A stretch of 64,000 bases of DNA, taken from assembly GCA_964016885.1 (NCBI GenBank), contig OZ024742.1, positions 235,848,001-235,912,000 of the forward strand, read 5' to 3'. Made by a program: the position numbers and the translations under genes. Positions 61,215-64,000 of the stretch are shown here, in pieces. Positions within the stretch are counted from its first letter, which is position 1; each line of letters opens with the position of its first letter. The notes beneath the pieces were generated by a model, which saw only the letters and a list, made by a program, of their open reading frames with translations, searched no databases and had not been told where the DNA came from. The DNA is from Eledone cirrhosa. Its lineage: Eukaryota.

Positions 61215-61792
61215 CGATGTTGAGTCCATGGAAGAATTTTACAATCAAATGAGGGAAATTGTTGAATACTGACTGTGCTGTTTTCTGGAGATCAGCCCTG
61301 AAAACACTCTACCGAGTTCATAAAGCTCTCTCTTCTCTATCTTGGAGGTTGGCGATCTCCCTAGTTGATCCTTACTACCTAACTCCCTGGATGGCTAAGA
61401 CCATATATGTGATCAAGATAGTTCTGTTCAAAGAACAACTTAAGCACCATGTGAGTCAAGAGATCTACGAAATTTATTTCTGGTTACAAATTTCATTCTT
61501 AACAATTCTTTCTCTATTCAACCCCAATATCATTGTGTATTTAGAAAGTATTTCTGCTTATTTTCATTTTATTTTGTTCTGTCATGTGGTTTCCACATTG
61601 GATTCAGTAAAGTGAACAGAAAGGACAATATACTACAGGCCAGACCTAAAAATTCTTCGTAAAATAAAATATGGAAGTGTGCAGCCTTTAAATATTATTC
61701 GATTGACCTATAATTCGGCATTTGATCAATTCAAATACGGGCATAATCGACATAAGATGATTGGCGAATAATTTGCAAACTGGAACACCCTA
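61215..61792 (+). pseudogene. DNA transposase remnant, probably hATm-type, with right end CACCCTA
   Basis: EFIKLSLLYLG and WMAKTIYVIKIVLFKEQL match the RWMAK.IY.LK motif. The terminus is the reverse complement of TAGGGTG. Family assignment is from memory. Confidence 0.55.
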
Positions 61793-62053
61793 GTGTACAT
61801 ATAAGTCAAAACATATAGATCCACACACACGCGCCCGCACACACTCACAAACACACACATTCACACATACACACACACACACACACACAAACACGAATAC
61901 ACAAATACACATAGACATACATACATAATTACCTCATTGATGTTGTCTAAATTCTAATGAAAAGGTCTTGTGTTGGAAGCCGGCTCTCTCTCTTTATTGG
62001 GGAGAAATTAATTAAAATAACAAAATCAGAAGAATCTAGACACATATACACAC

Positions 62054-62106
62054 GTATGACATTCGCTAATGAACCATATGTGGTCAAAGTAAGGCCACCT
62101 TTACAT
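62054..62106 (-). CDS. Candidate 53-nt internal exon (CKGGLTLTTYGSLANVI)
   Basis: Strong acceptor TTATGTTTTATTTTTCCAG, donor GTGTGT, only one open frame, non-repetitive context. Confidence 0.35.
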
Positions 62107-62387
62107 CTGGAAAAATAAAACATAACAAGCAAAGGCTTGGTATTGTTTTGTAAGTACGGTGCATCCCTCTTGGGACTACAGACGGTCAGTAAATACCTCG
62201 TACTTGATGGCTATAGCAAACTGATGGCTTTAACATAGCATGTTAGTCGGTGTATTTACAATGGTTGACAGAAAAAAATAAAGAATTGGACAAGTAAACA
62301 GATTGATACAAACACACAAACATATATCTGTGTGTTTGTGTGTATGTTTGTTCACACACACACACACATACACATACATACATACAT

Positions 62388-62465
<78 letters not shown>

Positions 62466-62470
<5 letters not shown>

Positions 62471-62680
62471 GCGGAGTGGTTAGAGAATTGGATTCGCAAT
62501 CGTAAGGTTGTGAGTTCGATTGCTGGACCAGGCGATGCGCTATGTCCTTGAGCAAGACACTTTATTTCACGTTGCTCCTTCTACCTGGAGTTGCGACCGA
62601 TAGATAGTATTAGCAATTGGAAAGACCAACGGAAACATTGTTCCCTCGGTCCGATTTGACTAAAGTCGATCGTTCCTAAA
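62466..62680 (+). mobile_element. tRNA-derived SINE
   Basis: A box TGGCGGAGTGG, B box GAGTTCGATTG, conserved-domain motif GTCCTTGAGCAAGACACTTTA. The 3' limit is approximate. Confidence 0.8.
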
Positions 62681-62720
<40 letters not shown>

Positions 62721-62852
62721 AAACCAATTATATGATTGATAACGAACCAATGAACGAATACCGCGAAATAGCACACGTTGATGGAATGTGGTAAATATAA
62801 GAAGGGATTGGGAGGTATTCACACACCACCAGAGACGAGCTTGCACGTGGAA

Positions 62853-62944
62853 GCATATCTGAGGATATTTCGATTTCAGAGTAAGGTTCGATCACTAATA
62901 GAACGTTCCTCGAGCTGATCGACAGTGAAACATTTGTAATATGT
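62853..62944 (+). ncRNA. Type I hammerhead ribozyme with ~60-nt stem II
   Basis: GCATAT-CTGAGGA(62859-65)-(ATT/AGT, TCGATT/GATCGA, GAG/CTC, GTTC/GAAC)-GAAA(62927-30)-CATTTG-TA-ATATGT. Confidence 0.75.
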
Positions 62945-63044
62945 TATGATGCAACACTGATTTTTTGTTCCTTTATTCTTATACTATTAATACTCTGCTC
63001 ACCCGACATACCGCCTACGAACGCAATTATCTTGCGCCTCTACG

Positions 63045-63089
<45 letters not shown>

Positions 63090-63151
63090 GTGGAACACTG
63101 GAAGGTAATATCCGTAGTGGCAGAGCACTCAGTCCAAGGGACGAGTTAGGT

Positions 63152-63299
63152 AGAAGTGGTTACACAACAGTTAGTTCACCATACCGAGATATGTATGGTT
63201 ATAGGAACAGTTGTTCCTATAACCATACACATCCCGAGCTGAAGATCCGCGAAGGTGAAACAATTGTTCTCGGTATGGTGAACTAACTGTTGTGTAACC

Positions 63300-63305
<6 letters not shown>
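63152..63305. mobile_element. Double fold-back element containing a hammerhead
   Basis: Perfect 38-bp arms at 63152-63189 and 63268-63305. Inner hairpin 63192-63229. Confidence 0.75.
63234..63273 (+). ncRNA. Minimal type I hammerhead ribozyme
   Basis: CCGAG-CTGAAGA-TCC.GCGAA.GGT-GAAA-CAATTG-TT-CTCGG. Confidence 0.8.
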
Positions 63306-63384
<79 letters not shown>

Positions 63385-63430
63385 AATAAAGAAAGTGCCC
63401 AAGTGCAGAGATGCTATAAAGATAACTTTC

Positions 63431-63723
63431 TAGGGTGAACATTCTTAAAAGACGGAAAAAGAAGTTGCCATCGGCCACAAAAAGCCGAAAATTCAGCTTC
63501 ACACATTGTTCACATATAGATGTCTGTCTGTCCCTCTGCCTACCTCCTGACATCTAAAAAGCTGTTGTCCAGCTACCTAGTTAAAATGATGGGACACATT
63601 TCGTCAAAGGTTCCTTAGCTTAATAGTTAAAGCTTCTAACTGGTATTTGGAATATAAGGGAGTTCATTTCCTCATAGCGGCCGATGACAATTTCTTTTTC
63701 CGTTTTTAACGCTATTTACGCTA
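63431..63723. mobile_element. MITE with ~45-bp imperfect TIRs
   Basis: 63431-63476 pairs with 63679-63723 (ACGGAAAAAGAAGTTGCCATCGGCC / GGCCGATGACAATTTCTTTTTCCGT). Confidence 0.65.
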
Positions 63724-63760
63724 TTTTATAAGAATAAATCTAAAAACAACAATAAATATA

Positions 63761-63926
63761 GCGTATTTCCCGGAGCCGAAGACGCTTCGTTCTCGAGGGC
63801 GCACCCTAATTTTGACAACCAAAAATTTGAAAAAATAATAAACAACCTTCGGCCTCCAGGACGCATGGTAGGTTTCTGAGACTTATTTTAGGAAAAAAGT
63901 AGCGTCTTCGGCGCCGGGAAATACGG
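63761..63926. mobile_element. Mariner/pogo-type MITE, 26-bp TIRs, TA target duplication
   Basis: GCGTATTTCCCGGAGCCGAAGACGCT / AGCGTCTTCGGCGCCGGGAAATACGG, flanked by TA. Confidence 0.85.
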
Positions 63927-64000
63927 TAAATAAAAAAAAAAGAAATTATGTAAAAATAAAGGGGGTAGGGAGGGTATAGGTCCGGGTGGTGGCATGGGTG

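Noticed and set aside
62466-62545. tRNA gene
   Set aside because: A/B boxes are present but no full cloverleaf, and it continues into a SINE domain.

Overview
Repeat-dominated eukaryotic genomic DNA, most likely a cephalopod such as Octopus. This is inferred from the SINE types, the dense (TA)n/(ATGT)n microsatellites and TTAGGG repeats. No intact protein-coding gene is visible, and nearly all ORFs in the track are repeat artefacts. Layout: (1) 1-3.7 kb, short mobile elements nested in (TA)n tracts; (2) 3.76-47.15 kb, a ~43-kb G-poor CAC/CACCA satellite (52-bp core unit, kb-scale higher-order duplications, one SINE insertion); (3) 47.2-54.4 kb, nested hAT/Helitron-like elements, retroposons and microsatellites; (4) 54.45-56.72 kb, a decayed R4/Dong-like RT-RLE retrotransposon; (5) 59-61 kb, a ~2-kb degenerate interstitial (TTAGGG)n array abutting a Penelope-like ORF fragment and a hATm-like transposase remnant; (6) SINEs and MITEs. 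The main unexplained signal is more than a dozen type I hammerhead ribozyme motifs (intact or decayed) in short non-coding elements mostly sitting in (TA)n tracts. Many of these elements are fold-back palindromes, and in several the apex falls on a ribozyme hairpin. Two phase-compatible candidate minus-strand exons (62054-62106 and 3637-3690) suggest that most of the window may be one large intron.
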